This document shows, piece after piece, positions 1-10,376 of a DNA stretch of 64,000 bases; the stretch's first letter is position 1; every line of letters starts with the position of its first letter. The notes beneath the pieces were generated by a model, which saw only the letters and a program-made list of their open reading frames with translations, ran no database searches and was not told the origin of the DNA. The translations under genes were made by a program, and so were the position numbers. This DNA is from Candidatus Wolfebacteria bacterium GW2011_GWB1_47_1 (GTDB taxonomy: Bacteria; Patescibacteriota; Minisyncoccia; UBA6257; UBA9933): contig CP011209.1 in the NCBI GenBank assembly GCA_001029635.1, positions 551,774-615,773 on the forward strand, read 5' to 3'.

Positions 1-712
1 TATCCTGATGCGATGTTATGAAGGACTTTTCCAAGTCGAAGCCGTTGAATTCGGTCGCATGGCGTGGTGTGGATGATGGCTCTGCGCGAAAGACCGGGCC
101 AATCTCGAACACCTTTTCAAATCCGCCCGCCATCGCCATTTGTTTGTAGAATTGTGGTGACTGTGCGAGATACGCCTTGCGCTCAAAGTATTGCACCTCA
201 AAGAGCTCTGCTCCGCCTTCGCTTGGCGTGGACATGAGCTTGGGCGAATGAATTTCAATGTACTCCTGTTCGGTGCAATATTCGATGAATGATCGTTCTA
301 GTTCCGTCCATACTTTAAAGAGCAGTGCTTTTTCGGGCTTGCGGATATCGAGGAAGCGCCAGTCGAGGCGGATCTGCTGATCGGTCGGCGCATCACTTTT
401 TTCGACGACCGGAATCGGAAGCTCTGGCTCTGCCATCGAGAGAATGGTTAATTCCGATACCTGTATTTCTACTCCGGAATGGGATTTTGTCTCTGTTGCA
501 ACTTGCCCCACTACCTCTATGACGCTTTCGAGTTGGATCGATCGCGCCGCCTCGAGCAGCTCGCCACTTATGACAAGCTGCGCGGTGCCGGTGATGTCCC
601 TAAGGACGATGAACATAATGCCCCCTTGGTCGCGAATGGCCTGTGCCCATCCGGCTAGTTTGACCGTCTGTCCGACACGGCCGCCGATCGCTGTACTATG
701 TATTCGTTCCAT
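1..712 (-). CDS. aspS: Aspartate--tRNA ligase, archaeal/eukaryal type (likely non-discriminating); 3' end runs off the window. Not in the ORF track because it is truncated at the edge
   Basis: Reverse-strand translation from ATG at 712 gives MERIHSTAIGGRVGQTVKLAGWAQAIRDQGGIMFIVLRDITGTAQLV..., an OB-fold anticodon-binding domain, then class II motif 2 FRAEPSSTPRHATEF (the FRAE..RH..EF form typical of type-2 AspRS); open to position 1. Confidence 0.8.
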   Translation of the reverse strand, partial: MERIHSTAIGGRVGQTVKLAGWAQAIRDQGGIMFIVLRDITGTAQLVISGELLEAARSIQLESVIEVVGQVATETKSHSGVEIQVSELTILSMAEPELPIPVVEKSDAPTDQQIRLDWRFLDIRKPEKALLFKVWTELERSFIEYCTEQEYIEIHSPKLMSTPSEGGAELFEVQYFERKAYLAQSPQFYKQMAMAGGFEKVFEIGPVFRAEPSSTPRHATEFNGFDLEKSFITSHQD

Positions 713-1177
713 ATATGTTTTATTGTATTGGTGAATATGTATTATTACGAGCGGGGCGTCCTTGTGCCTTCGTATATGCATCGCATGTATGCGTTCGACC
801 ATCGCATATTGTTTTTGGTTTTGTAAACAAAAACGCCCCCGCAAACAATCCACTAATGGATTATTTACAAGGGCGTGTTAAACGCGTTGCCACCTTGTAT
901 TCGTCCAACTGTTGCCAGTTGAACCTCGTAGACCGCTATCACGGTCATCTGCTATGACGGGCATACCCGAAGAGTTCTACTTGCCTGACGGCTTTCTTCT
1001 CTCAGCTCGGCTGTGTTTGCAGCGTCGACGCTTTACTGCAAGCGTACACCCCCTGTTTTATTTATGCAAGGGGCGGATGGGTGATTTTCGTTTGACTTTA
1101 TTGTCGATTTATTGCACAATCTTCCCAGATTGGGAACTGTGGTTTCTTTTAACAAATACACGTGGATGGGAGGGTGA

Positions 1178-1813
1178 ATGAAGACTAATAGGATCAATGC
1201 TGCATTGTATGCCGGATGTCTTCTGCATGCGATCATGCGAGCGAATGGAACGGTCGGTGTTTCGGTGCAGAAGGACGGGCAGATCCGTGGCTATGGAGAT
1301 GCTTCGTCTACGGCCGATGCGATGCTTAATGCCGACCGATATATCGAGACCGGCGGATGGTACAAGGAAGAAGGGTTGCGTCTACAGGGCGTAACGAGTG
1401 ACAATGCCGAAGATATCGCTGCGCGACTTGATGCATGGCAACCGCAACGTGCGCGCGCATTCATCGCGTGGCGCAACGGCGACAAGATCGCAGTTCGTTT
1501 GAGCGGCATGCATCGTGTCGTCGTACCTAATGATGTGCTCGAATCCGTCATGGACACGGGGTTCATGGCTACCTGGTCTTCGGATCGTGGGTATGTCTAC
1601 CGGACTGCTCCCGACCCGGAGCGGCCGATGGCTGGCTGCATCATGTCTGTGGTTTGTTCTAGCCCCAATAATTCGACCGGGGATGATGGGCTCGGGTGGC
1701 AATACCCGACCATGCAATTCGGAGTTGGCGCGGATTTTTGGGAAGCGTTGAGTGGCGCTTTGTCGAGCGAGGTGCACGAGGTGCCTTCTCCGCAGAGTGT
1801 TGTCGGCGCTTAG
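1178..1813 (+). CDS. hypothetical protein (211 aa), possible signal peptide
   Basis: ORF with GGGAGGGTGA SD 5 nt upstream; followed by tandem hairpin terminators; no recognizable motifs. Confidence 0.5.
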   Translation: MKTNRINAALYAGCLLHAIMRANGTVGVSVQKDGQIRGYGDASSTADAMLNADRYIETGGWYKEEGLRLQGVTSDNAEDIAARLDAWQPQRARAFIAWRNGDKIAVRLSGMHRVVVPNDVLESVMDTGFMATWSSDRGYVYRTAPDPERPMAGCIMSVVCSSPNNSTGDDGLGWQYPTMQFGVGADFWEALSGALSSEVHEVPSPQSVVGA

Positions 1814-1824
1814 CGTCGAAACGA

Positions 1825-1854
1825 GGCGCGCATGCCTAATGCGCGCCTTTTTTG
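1825..1854 (+). terminator. rho-independent terminator
   Basis: GGCGCGCATGCCTAATGCGCGCC hairpin followed by TTTTTTG. Confidence 0.7.
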
Positions 1855-1861
1855 TATATGC

Positions 1862-1890
1862 AAAATCCCGCCAGTGGCGGGATTTTTTGT
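1862..1890 (-). terminator. bidirectional hairpin terminator (serves 1917..2756 minus gene)
   Basis: AAATCCCGCCAGTGGCGGGATTTTTT palindrome with T-runs on both strands. Confidence 0.65.
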
Positions 1891-1916
1891 GCTATCCACG
1901 TAGCTATCCAATTCTA

Positions 1917-2756
1917 TTAGCGTAGGTTTTGCTGAAGGAATACTAGGGTCTTTTGCCAAGCATCCTTTGTTTCTTCTGGCGCGTAGCTTTGTCCGGATGG
2001 GTTTGCGAATGCATGACCCACTCCTGGGTAGATCGTGATCGAATTGCTGATGCCAAGTTCGTTGAGTATGGCTCGGAATTCGTTGACCGTCTTGGGTGAG
2101 ATACTTCGATCTTCTCCTGCAAAGATCCCGAGTACTGGCCATTTGATAGCGCGCAACGTTTCGATGTCGGTCACGACGTTGCCGTAATAGATGACGGTAG
2201 CATTGAGTTGCTCACCAGAAAGCGCAAGCTGGAGCGATTGTCCTCCACCAAAGCACCAGCCGAGCGAGGCCAGCTTTGTTGCGCCGTGGGCTCGCAGATA
2301 CGTTGCAGCGGCGCGCATGTTCTCTCGTCCTTTTGCCTGGTCGAATGCACTCGTTTGTTTGCGTGCCTCGTCTTGTGTGGTCGCTATGGTGCCAAAGAGA
2401 TCTACGGCCAGTACATGATACCCCTGTCCAGCAAGTTCTTGTGCGGTCGCGCGCATCGTGTCGTTGAGTCCCCACCATTCATGAATCATAATAATGCCTG
2501 GGTATATCCCGGGGGTTGCGGGGTGTGTATAGAATCCGCGAACTCCAGAGAAATACTCAACTGTTTCTGTTACGATGGGGAGTGCCTGATTGCCATGCAT
2601 CAGTGCTATATTTGCATCGCTTAATGATGTTGCCATAGGGGGTACATCGTGCACGTCTTGTGGGGCTTGTACGTTTCCGCGCCATAGGAGTAGGACAATG
2701 GCGATTACGAGGACGCCAAGGCCGATATGCATTGATAACTTGAAGTAATGCTTCAT
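1917..2756 (-). CDS. dienelactone hydrolase family alpha/beta hydrolase, N-terminal TM anchor
   Basis: 279 aa; HEWWGL, GWCFGG (nucleophile elbow) and GVGHAF motifs typical of the DLH family. Confidence 0.75.
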   Translation of the reverse strand: MKHYFKLSMHIGLGVLVIAIVLLLWRGNVQAPQDVHDVPPMATSLSDANIALMHGNQALPIVTETVEYFSGVRGFYTHPATPGIYPGIIMIHEWWGLNDTMRATAQELAGQGYHVLAVDLFGTIATTQDEARKQTSAFDQAKGRENMRAAATYLRAHGATKLASLGWCFGGGQSLQLALSGEQLNATVIYYGNVVTDIETLRAIKWPVLGIFAGEDRSISPKTVNEFRAILNELGISNSITIYPGVGHAFANPSGQSYAPEETKDAWQKTLVFLQQNLR

Positions 2757-2841
2757 TTTTTTGTTATATGAATAGGATAAAACTATCCGACTGTATTAAT
2801 GATACTCCTGTTGCTGTACATTATTCAACGTATATTGCGAA

Positions 2842-2864
2842 TAAAAAAAGCGCCCGATGGGCGC
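2842..2864 (-). terminator. rho-independent terminator of the transglycosylase gene
   Basis: minus strand reads GGCGCCCATCGGGCGC hairpin then TTTTTTT. Confidence 0.7.
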
Positions 2865-2874
2865 CTTTGGTGTG

Positions 2875-3942
2875 CTAGGTGTGGAGTACTTTCCATACTG
2901 CTTCGAACTCCTTCAGATAGGTTCGCGTTTCCGGCAGGACATGGGCTTCCCATGCGCCTGCGTGCTTGCGAATCGATCGGAGCGCTTTTGATGGGCCACC
3001 GTTGTATGCGGCGGCGAGATATTTGCCCATCGCCTCGGGATGCTTCTTGAGGAACTTCCGATGCGACTTGGGTAGATAGCTCAGGTCCGAGTCGAACAGC
3101 AGGAGAGTTGCCTTGGCGGCATTGATGTGGTTGTCCATACCGTCGCCGAAATTATCGATGAGCTCCGCTTGAGAATATCGGCGGTCTATTGCTGCGTACG
3201 TCCTGGGCATGAACTGGAACTGGCCACGCGCCCCCGCTTTCGAGATCGAATAGCGGTATGCGTTTTCGCGGTTCGTGGCCAGAATGACTAGTACCTCTCC
3301 GACAAGTTGTTCTACCGGGGTGCCGGCGTTGAAACGTGCGGGATCGATGTGTTCGATGATCGCGAGTGTCAGTGCTACGTCCTTGGGGATCGCGGAAGTG
3401 ACCTTCCCGCCGTAGGCGAGCGATCTGATCTTTTTGGCATCCAGATCGTGTTCCGCCTTTTCGAGCTTGTCTTTAAGGTAGATAAGACCTTCTTTCTGCA
3501 ACTTCGGCGAGTCGATACCCTTGGTGTATGGTGTATACGTTACCGCTTTGGTCTTGTTGTCTTGACGGACGACGCGCTTGAGTGCGAGCACCACATATCC
3601 CGAAGGGGACGTGATCTCGTAGTGCGTGTTGACCCCATTGAGCCTTGGGTATGTTACGTGGTAGCCCATAGGCGCTTGGGTGCCATTGGTGAGTGTGATG
3701 ATCTTGATCGCATCGTTATCTTTGCGAATCGCCAACAGAACGTCCTTTCCCGTGACACTTCTCGTCGAGAGAATTTCTCTTGCATCCATTGATCGGTTTT
3801 TCAGATATTGCTTGGCAAAGATGCCGAGAATACCCAAGAGAACGATCGTTGCAAGTACAGATACAGCCCTTCTGTTTCGCATTACATTACCTCCAAAAAA
3901 TTCGTAAAATGATGAACTGGTTATATAATGAACTAAAATCAT
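2875..3942 (-). CDS. membrane-anchored lytic transglycosylase (SLT domain)
   Basis: 355 aa; N-terminal TM; C-terminal GQFQFMPRTY...AAAYNGGP motif set characteristic of SLT/goose-lysozyme-like lytic transglycosylases. Confidence 0.6.
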   Translation of the reverse strand: MILVHYITSSSFYEFFGGNVMRNRRAVSVLATIVLLGILGIFAKQYLKNRSMDAREILSTRSVTGKDVLLAIRKDNDAIKIITLTNGTQAPMGYHVTYPRLNGVNTHYEITSPSGYVVLALKRVVRQDNKTKAVTYTPYTKGIDSPKLQKEGLIYLKDKLEKAEHDLDAKKIRSLAYGGKVTSAIPKDVALTLAIIEHIDPARFNAGTPVEQLVGEVLVILATNRENAYRYSISKAGARGQFQFMPRTYAAIDRRYSQAELIDNFGDGMDNHINAAKATLLLFDSDLSYLPKSHRKFLKKHPEAMGKYLAAAYNGGPSKALRSIRKHAGAWEAHVLPETRTYLKEFEAVWKVLHT

Positions 3943-4125
3943 TATTTTGTCAATTTTCCATCAAATGACGTAAAATTATTACTTACATGTATTGATTGTG
4001 TTTATGTTTCCAACGTGTAAATCCCCGGGCCAAACGTCCGGGGATAAAGTCATCTTTATCAACTTTTCTGTGCCGCGTAGCTTGTCTTGTGGTGCATTCT
4101 TGTGTCCGCGTGAACGATATTGTTC

Positions 4126-4587
4126 TTAGCGTGACGTATCAGTCCGTAGCTGTATTGATTGCGCCATAATGCTACCGTCAGCGTTGGCGGTTCCTATAGT
4201 GGTTACCTGTGTGCCGGTTGTCAGATCGGCGAGCGAGCCATCGATTGACTTCATGACCTTTGTCGCGTCCGACAAGAATACTATCCGTGATCCGCCGTCG
4301 CGAAGTTTTATCGTAATGCTTGCAGCGTCTTTAGAGAGAATTTCTCCTGCTATTAAACCGCCATTGTTCGTTCTCGTTGTTCCACTGGCGCGTTGTGTTC
4401 CCGCGAACCCTCCATTTACCATGCGCGCTTGGCGTTGTTCTTGCGTCATGTTGGCGAATGACTCATTTTGTTGAGGATTATTTGTGTTACTGCGCTCATA
4501 GCGCATACCTGCGTAGAACGATCCTGTTCCAACGATGATACTCGCCACAATAACTGGAATACATTTGCTAATCAATTGTTTTGTCAT
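4126..4587 (-). CDS. hypothetical membrane-anchored periplasmic protein (DUF5666-like), accessory to the adjacent ABC efflux genes
   Basis: 153 aa; N-terminal TM then Gly/Thr-rich beta-type domain; directly downstream of the FtsX permease on the same strand. Confidence 0.5.
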   Translation of the reverse strand: MTKQLISKCIPVIVASIIVGTGSFYAGMRYERSNTNNPQQNESFANMTQEQRQARMVNGGFAGTQRASGTTRTNNGGLIAGEILSKDAASITIKLRDGGSRIVFLSDATKVMKSIDGSLADLTTGTQVTTIGTANADGSIMAQSIQLRTDTSR

Positions 4588-4605
4588 ATTTTTTTGAGTT
4601 ACTTA

Positions 4606-5829
4606 TTATTCGTATCGTAATGCTTCGATCGGATTCAGACGTGCGGCGCGGCGTGCCGGATAATAGCCGAATACAATGCCGATCCCTGCTGACACGCCGA
4701 AGGCCAATGCCACGGAGGTGAACGTTACTTGTGTTTGCAGGAGGTTAAAGTAGGTAACTCCAAAGGAAACCATCCATCCTAGTAGTACCCCCACAAATCC
4801 TCCTATAAACGTAAGGATAATTGCTTCAATGAGAAATTGAAGGCTGATATCTCTTTTCTTTGCACCAATCGCTTTGCGCAGTCCAATTTCGCGCGTGCGT
4901 TCCGTTACTGTGGTTAGCATCATATTCATGATGCCAATACCACCGACGACGAGCGATATGCCCGCGATCGCTGCGAGCAGGATTGTGAATGTTTGGGTTA
5001 TGGTAGACGCAGTCGCGATGATATCCGCCTGGTTCATAATATTGAAATCTGCCAGAGTCATATCGCTTATATGGTGGCGTTCCATCAGAAGAACAGATAT
5101 CTGTTGTTGTATATCGGTCATCGACTCGGCGCTTTCTGCCTGCACGCTGATTGTGGTTACATACGTATCTCCTGCCAAAAATCGCTGCGCACTGGAAAGG
5201 GGAATGAAGATCGTGTCATCTGGGTTGCTGAATCCACTCCCTCCCTTTGTTTTTGCGATGCCGATCACCTTGAACTCGATGTTCTTAATACGTATCGTCT
5301 GTCCAACGGCATCGACTCCTTCGCCGAATAGATCATCCCTTGTTGTCGGGCCTAGTACAGCAACCTTAGAAAGACTGCGTACGTTTTGATCCGTGATAAA
5401 TGAACCAAAGTCGATTTCTATGTTTCGTATCGATAGGTATGCGGCGGTAGTACCGATGACCGATGTGTTCGTGTTCTTACCCTTGCTTGTGATCTGATAC
5501 CTCCCTGATATTTCCGGTGCAACTGCTTTCGCGAGGCTTACCTCCTTTATAATCGCATCGGCATCGCCCTGTGTAAGTGAGCGGGCCGATCCTCGCCCTG
5601 CACTTATCTGTGTTCCTGCTCCGCGTTGTTGTCCCGGCATGACGAGTACAAGATTCGAACCGATTGACTGAATACTTGATTGAATTGATCCTTGTGCTCC
5701 TTGTCCGATCGCCACCATGGCAATGACCGAACTGATGCCGATTATGATACCAAGCATTGTGAGTCCCGATCGTACCTTGTTTCCCGAGAGCGCAGAGTAG
5801 GTTTCTTCTATAATGTCAACTATGGTCAT
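4606..5829 (-). CDS. ABC transporter permease, MacB/FtsX family
   Basis: 407 aa; N-terminal TM, large periplasmic domain, C-terminal FtsX 3-TM bundle; overlaps the upstream ATPase gene by 14 nt. Confidence 0.85.
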   Translation of the reverse strand: MTIVDIIEETYSALSGNKVRSGLTMLGIIIGISSVIAMVAIGQGAQGSIQSSIQSIGSNLVLVMPGQQRGAGTQISAGRGSARSLTQGDADAIIKEVSLAKAVAPEISGRYQITSKGKNTNTSVIGTTAAYLSIRNIEIDFGSFITDQNVRSLSKVAVLGPTTRDDLFGEGVDAVGQTIRIKNIEFKVIGIAKTKGGSGFSNPDDTIFIPLSSAQRFLAGDTYVTTISVQAESAESMTDIQQQISVLLMERHHISDMTLADFNIMNQADIIATASTITQTFTILLAAIAGISLVVGGIGIMNMMLTTVTERTREIGLRKAIGAKKRDISLQFLIEAIILTFIGGFVGVLLGWMVSFGVTYFNLLQTQVTFTSVALAFGVSAGIGIVFGYYPARRAARLNPIEALRYE

Positions 5830-6532
5830 GGGAGTGGATAATCCTTCTTTTATGTGTTTTGGTGTCTTCGACCAGTTGCCCGTCTTTTATGAACAGAATG
5901 CGCTCTGCGTGTTCTGCGAGTTCCCGTTCGTGCGTAATGAGGATAATTGTATGCCCGTGCTCCCTGTTCATTTTTTGGAATGTATCAATGACAATTTCTC
6001 CTGTTTTTGAATCAAGATTTCCCGTTGGTTCATCCGCCAAAATGAGCGACGGCTTATTGACCAATGCCCGGGCAATCGCAACGCGTTGAATCTGCCCACC
6101 TGAGAGCTGGTTCGACAAATGATTGTAGTGCTCTTCGGTGAGCCCTGCTGATTTCAGTGCCGCGCGCGCGCGTTTTTCACGTTCTTCGCGGTCGACGCCC
6201 GCGTACATGAGTGGAAGCATGACATTGCGCAGTACGGTCGCACGGGGGAGTAGGTTGAATGATTGAAATACGAATCCGATGCGATCCATGCGGATGTCTG
6301 CTAGTTCGTCGTCGGATAGCATGGATACATCCTTACCGTCTAAAATGTACTGGCCAGTTGTCGGAGTATCGAGTGCCCCTAGGATATGCATTAGGGTTGA
6401 TTTGCCCGACCCCGACGGACCCATGATTGCCACGAATTCCCCGTCCTGTATTTCAAAGCTTACGCCCTTCAACGCCTGAAAGGGGACTGCTCCCGATGTA
6501 TATGTTTTTGTGACGTTTTCGATCTTGATCAT
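5816..6532 (-). CDS. ABC transporter ATP-binding protein (MacB/LolD-type)
   Basis: Walker [10 protein letters not shown], signature [15 protein letters not shown], Walker [13 protein letters not shown]. Confidence 0.95.
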   Translation of the reverse strand: MIKIENVTKTYTSGAVPFQALKGVSFEIQDGEFVAIMGPSGSGKSTLMHILGALDTPTTGQYILDGKDVSMLSDDELADIRMDRIGFVFQSFNLLPRATVLRNVMLPLMYAGVDREEREKRARAALKSAGLTEEHYNHLSNQLSGGQIQRVAIARALVNKPSLILADEPTGNLDSKTGEIVIDTFQKMNREHGHTIILITHERELAEHAERILFIKDGQLVEDTKTHKRRIIHSHDHS

Positions 6533-6539
6533 AATTGCA

Positions 6540-8318
6540 TTATCGGCTCATGCGCCCGCTCCCTGTCGGGAAGAGACTTGGAGCTGTTTGTGTGGTCGCG
6601 CTTGTTGTTGTGATTGTGCGCGTAATAATCTGGTCTCCTTCTTTGAGTCCGGAAACTATTTCCGTTGTTGTGTCATTTGCAATGCCGATCGTTACCGGCC
6701 TTCTTATTGGCGTTGCCGAAGCAATGACTCCCTGTGTTCCCGTTGCGTTTTCTAGTGGAACTTCGAATATCTCCACATAACTCAACTCTCCTTGTGTTTT
6801 TATGGCGCTATTGGGCACTGTGAGCACATCTTGCTTCATATCGATAATGATCGAAGCACTTACGCTCATACCCGGTTTAATGCGATCATCTTGCGTATCA
6901 AAACCAATCTTTACCGTATAGGTGACCACCCCTTGCGAAACCGTTCCTACGGTGTCGATCTCTGCGACCGAGCCACTGATACTCAGTTCTTCGACTGCGT
7001 CGAAATTTAGCGTAGTCTTTTGTCCAACTTTCACTTTTGCCACATCCACTTCGTTGAGTGAAATCTCGGCAATTTTCTGCTTTGTGATTAATGTCGCGAT
7101 CGATGTACCAGATGACAGTGTATCTGATCGTTTGACTGTTAGGGTCGCTATGGTTCCGGCAAATGGCGCGCGGATATAATAGTCGGCGAGCTTTTCGCGC
7201 GCATCCAACAATGCGTTCTCCCTTTGGCGAACGATCAGCTCCTGGGCTTGCAAATCAAGCTGATCGGTACCTGCCTTGAGATCGGCGATATATTCGGTCT
7301 TTTCCGCTATCGTGCGATCTGCGTTCGTGATCGCATCCTTGCTGTTCTTAATTGTGTTCTTTGTTGCGAGCAGATTCAGCAGATGGGTATTTGTCGTTCC
7401 CGTGTATGTATTGAGAGTTGACTTGTGAGCATCCACCGTAGCGGGGATGGTTGCATTTACGTTGTTTTTCGTTAGGGAGTCTTTTACGAAGTCAATGAGG
7501 TTGTTGCCGGTTTTTACCGCATCAGCGATTGTTCGTGTGGTCGTATATGTTTCGTCGACGAGTGTCTCCATTATTTGGGTGCTTGATGTTCTTGAAGCCG
7601 CCTTGTAGTTATCGAAATTCTTCGCGTATGTCGTTCGCGATGCATTATATCCCGCATAGAAATCGTTCTGATATTGGTTCGCTTTTTCGCGTTCGCCTAC
7701 TATTTGTAGTGATGTTTGGTTAATATACCAGTTGATGTTTGGCATTCCCTGGTCGATCGTCGCGTCGAAAAATATATCATCCAATCCGGTCATGATTGTT
7801 GGGAGATCGAGGAATGTGTTTGCGATCCCATTAAAACCGTCGTCGTATGCCTTCTTGAGGTCGTCTTCGGCGTTTTGTTTTGTCTGTTGTGCTTGAGCGA
7901 GCGCATTCTCCGCTTGGATCACCGAGAGATTATTAGCAGGTTTCTTGAGCTTTTCGAGGGACAGTTTTGCACTTTGGAGATTTACCTCCGCATCGCGCAC
8001 CACTTTTTGCGCTTCGCGTGCATCGAGCTGGGCGATGAGGGCACCTGTGCCAACTTCCTGCCCATTGACTACATTAATCGCGACAATATCGCCTGATGCG
8101 CGTGATTTGAGCTCTACCTGATTGGAAGCCGATACCTGTCCTGTTCCGCTGATCGACGTAATAATAGATCCCGTTTCTGTAAGCGCGGTTACATAGCGTG
8201 GTTCCGTACTGGTATCGGTTAGTTTGCCATACCCCCAATAGGCAAATAGCGCTAGTACGATAATACTTGTGACTGAGATTATTTTATGGGCTGAAATATA
8301 TTTTTTTATGTGTTGCAT
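6540..8318 (-). CDS. HlyD/MacA-family periplasmic adaptor with very long coiled-coil hairpin
   Basis: 592 aa; N-terminal TM, beta-barrel/lipoyl segments flanking a ~250 aa coiled coil; first gene of the adaptor-ATPase-permease operon. Confidence 0.7.
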   Translation of the reverse strand: MQHIKKYISAHKIISVTSIIVLALFAYWGYGKLTDTSTEPRYVTALTETGSIITSISGTGQVSASNQVELKSRASGDIVAINVVNGQEVGTGALIAQLDAREAQKVVRDAEVNLQSAKLSLEKLKKPANNLSVIQAENALAQAQQTKQNAEDDLKKAYDDGFNGIANTFLDLPTIMTGLDDIFFDATIDQGMPNINWYINQTSLQIVGEREKANQYQNDFYAGYNASRTTYAKNFDNYKAASRTSSTQIMETLVDETYTTTRTIADAVKTGNNLIDFVKDSLTKNNVNATIPATVDAHKSTLNTYTGTTNTHLLNLLATKNTIKNSKDAITNADRTIAEKTEYIADLKAGTDQLDLQAQELIVRQRENALLDAREKLADYYIRAPFAGTIATLTVKRSDTLSSGTSIATLITKQKIAEISLNEVDVAKVKVGQKTTLNFDAVEELSISGSVAEIDTVGTVSQGVVTYTVKIGFDTQDDRIKPGMSVSASIIIDMKQDVLTVPNSAIKTQGELSYVEIFEVPLENATGTQGVIASATPIRRPVTIGIANDTTTEIVSGLKEGDQIITRTITTTSATTQTAPSLFPTGSGRMSR

Positions 8319-8441
8319 ATACTACGATTGTTCTGTTGCTAGGTTGACGGCCTATATATGTTACTACGTACATGCAAGTATACTTCTTTCGTGGTCTGTA
8401 ACTGACATATGTCTGTAGTCGGTATATAATAGAAATATCTT

Positions 8442-9215
8442 ATGAACCATCAGCGAAACACTCTTGTTGAGTCCGCGGTCAAAGTCCTTGCATTTAGTTG
8501 GATCGCATGGTTTTTGTTTCCGGTTCTTTTCTTGATCGGATCGTTTATGTTTAAATTTTCTGCCATGCAGCCGATTCTTACGGATGACCGCTTTTGGTGG
8601 GCGTTTGGTATCAGCTTGATTTCCGCGTTCGTTGTCGTTGCGTTGACGGCTTTGTTTGTTGTCCCTATGGCATATTTTCTCGCGTACGGGGACTTTCGTG
8701 GGAAGAAGTTTTTAGAAACGCTTCTTATAGATATCCCTCAGACATTGCCACCGGTTGCGGTGGGTGTTATCTATGTATTTGCGTTCGGCGTTAATTCGCC
8801 GATCCATCTTGCGTTCACGTTCCTCGCCGTTGTCATTGCGAAGCTGATTGTATCGGCTCCGTTCGCACTTGGATATGTGTTGCGCAGGTTTCGTGAAATT
8901 CGCACATTGAAGATCGATCTGGTTGCGCGGTCATTGGGTGCGAATACGTATACCGTGATCTTCCGCGTATTGGTACCGATGGCGCGACAGGATATTATTG
9001 CGGGGTTGACGTTGGTATGGGCTCGGGCGATGGGTGAGTTTGGTGGCTCATTGATCTTTGCCGGGGTGGTTGCCTACAAAACCGAGATACTTCCGACGTA
9101 TGCGAATCGCGTTGTGCATGTGGATCCACTGCTTGCGTTGGGTGCAACCGCGATTATGGTCCTTTTTGCACTGGTCGCATTGACCGTAACCAGGACCGTG
9201 TTGATGAAAAAATGA
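8442..9215 (+). CDS. ABC importer permease (ModB/CysTW-like, molybdate/tungstate/sulfate class)
   Basis: 257 aa multi-TM; EAA-type loop ...ARSLGANTYTVIFRVLVPMARQDIIAG... Confidence 0.65.
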   Translation: MNHQRNTLVESAVKVLAFSWIAWFLFPVLFLIGSFMFKFSAMQPILTDDRFWWAFGISLISAFVVVALTALFVVPMAYFLAYGDFRGKKFLETLLIDIPQTLPPVAVGVIYVFAFGVNSPIHLAFTFLAVVIAKLIVSAPFALGYVLRRFREIRTLKIDLVARSLGANTYTVIFRVLVPMARQDIIAGLTLVWARAMGEFGGSLIFAGVVAYKTEILPTYANRVVHVDPLLALGATAIMVLFALVALTVTRTVLMKK

Positions 9216-9227
9216 ATTAAAACAACC

Positions 9228-9878
9228 ATGGCATTCTTGGAAATTAATAATCTGACAAAATCATACGGTGGACATCCTGTTTTGAAGCGACTTTCGCTAT
9301 CGATCGAGGAGGGCGAGATTGTTGCAATCATGGGCAAATCGGGCGTCGGCAAGACAACATTGTTGTCGTGCATTCTTGGATTCGAACAGGCGGATGCCGG
9401 CACGATCATATTGGACGGTAGTAATATCGTGGAGTACTCCATTGAGGACCGGCAATTGGCATATGTCCCTCAGGATTATGGGTTATTTCCTCACTTGTCG
9501 GTGCACGATAATATCGCTTTTGGCTTGATGGCACGCAAAGCATCTTTAGATGTGATCGATCGGCGCGTGCATGAACTATTACAGGTCGTTGATTTGCCAC
9601 AATCGATCGCGAAGCGGGATGTGCATACACTTTCTGGCGGAGAGCGGCAACGGGTTGCTTTGGCGAGGGCATTGGCGATTAAGCCACAGTTATTTTTATT
9701 TGATGAACCACTTTCTGCGGTCGATCAAGAGACTCGTAGGGATGTGGGGAATAGTCTGCGCGATCTTATTAAGCGACTTGGGATCTCTGCAGTCGTTATT
9801 ACGCACGATCCGAGTGATGCAGGAGTACTTGCCGATACGATCTATCGGTTAGAGGAGGGAATAGTGCGTAAAATATAA
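9228..9878 (+). CDS. ABC transporter ATP-binding protein (short, no C-terminal regulatory domain)
   Basis: Walker A GKSGVGKTT, signature LSGGERQRVALARAL, Walker B LFLFDEP. Confidence 0.85.
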   Translation: MAFLEINNLTKSYGGHPVLKRLSLSIEEGEIVAIMGKSGVGKTTLLSCILGFEQADAGTIILDGSNIVEYSIEDRQLAYVPQDYGLFPHLSVHDNIAFGLMARKASLDVIDRRVHELLQVVDLPQSIAKRDVHTLSGGERQRVALARALAIKPQLFLFDEPLSAVDQETRRDVGNSLRDLIKRLGISAVVITHDPSDAGVLADTIYRLEEGIVRKI

Positions 9879-10005
9879 GACCACACTTGACTATATTTGG
9901 CAATGGGTTTATGCTCTAGGCAGAACCAATTACATGTGAGGAGGTGAGTCGTTCGGCGGTTGTCATTAGGTTACATTCCTTAACCTCGAAAACCTGGAGG
10001 AAGTT

Positions 10006-10284
10006 ATGAAAGGGTATCATACTTGGAAGCCGATGCATGCGTATGTGGGCACTTGGACTGAACCGGGGACGAGTAAGTCCTATATGACTAACGTGCACGA
10101 TGTGCAGTGCACCGAATGTCATCGGATTGTTACGCTCCCGGTCATTCTCATGCCGGATGAGCTTGAGGGGTGCCTTGGGACTGCCGCGCGGCCGGTCAAA
10201 AAACGGGAGGAGGATCCTGTCGGATTTGACAAGGATGCGGATTACGGGGAGGGGGCTCGGAAGGTTCAACACCTACGGGTGTAA
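10006..10284 (+). CDS. small hypothetical protein (92 aa)
   Basis: TGGAGGAAGTT SD before ATG; own terminator downstream. Confidence 0.45.
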   Translation: MKGYHTWKPMHAYVGTWTEPGTSKSYMTNVHDVQCTECHRIVTLPVILMPDELEGCLGTAARPVKKREEDPVGFDKDADYGEGARKVQHLRV

Positions 10285-10307
10285 GGTGCTTCCTTCGCAC
10301 TATAGTA

Positions 10308-10337
10308 AGGCATGCTTCGCGGCATGCCTTTTTTTGT
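10308..10337 (+). terminator. rho-independent terminator
   Basis: AAGGCATGCTTCGCGGCATGCCTT hairpin + TTTTTTT. Confidence 0.75.
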
Positions 10338-10376
10338 TTGCCGATATAAGTGCGGTATACTGGCTGCATACTATTT

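Noticed and set aside
715-1181. Track ORFs 715..957 and 912..1181 in the long aspS upstream spacer
   Set aside because: No SD or homology, low-complexity translations, and overlap with the neighbour's promoter region.
3307-3792. 161-aa plus-strand ORF inside the lytic transglycosylase gene
   Set aside because: Antisense to the SLT-domain gene, which has clear motifs; no SD.
9996-10001. ATG-TGA start-stop pair followed by GGAGGTG upstream of the 92-aa ORF
   Set aside because: No SD precedes that ATG. The GGAGG is more simply the SD-like purine tract of the leader; not enough evidence for a start-stop regulatory minicistron.
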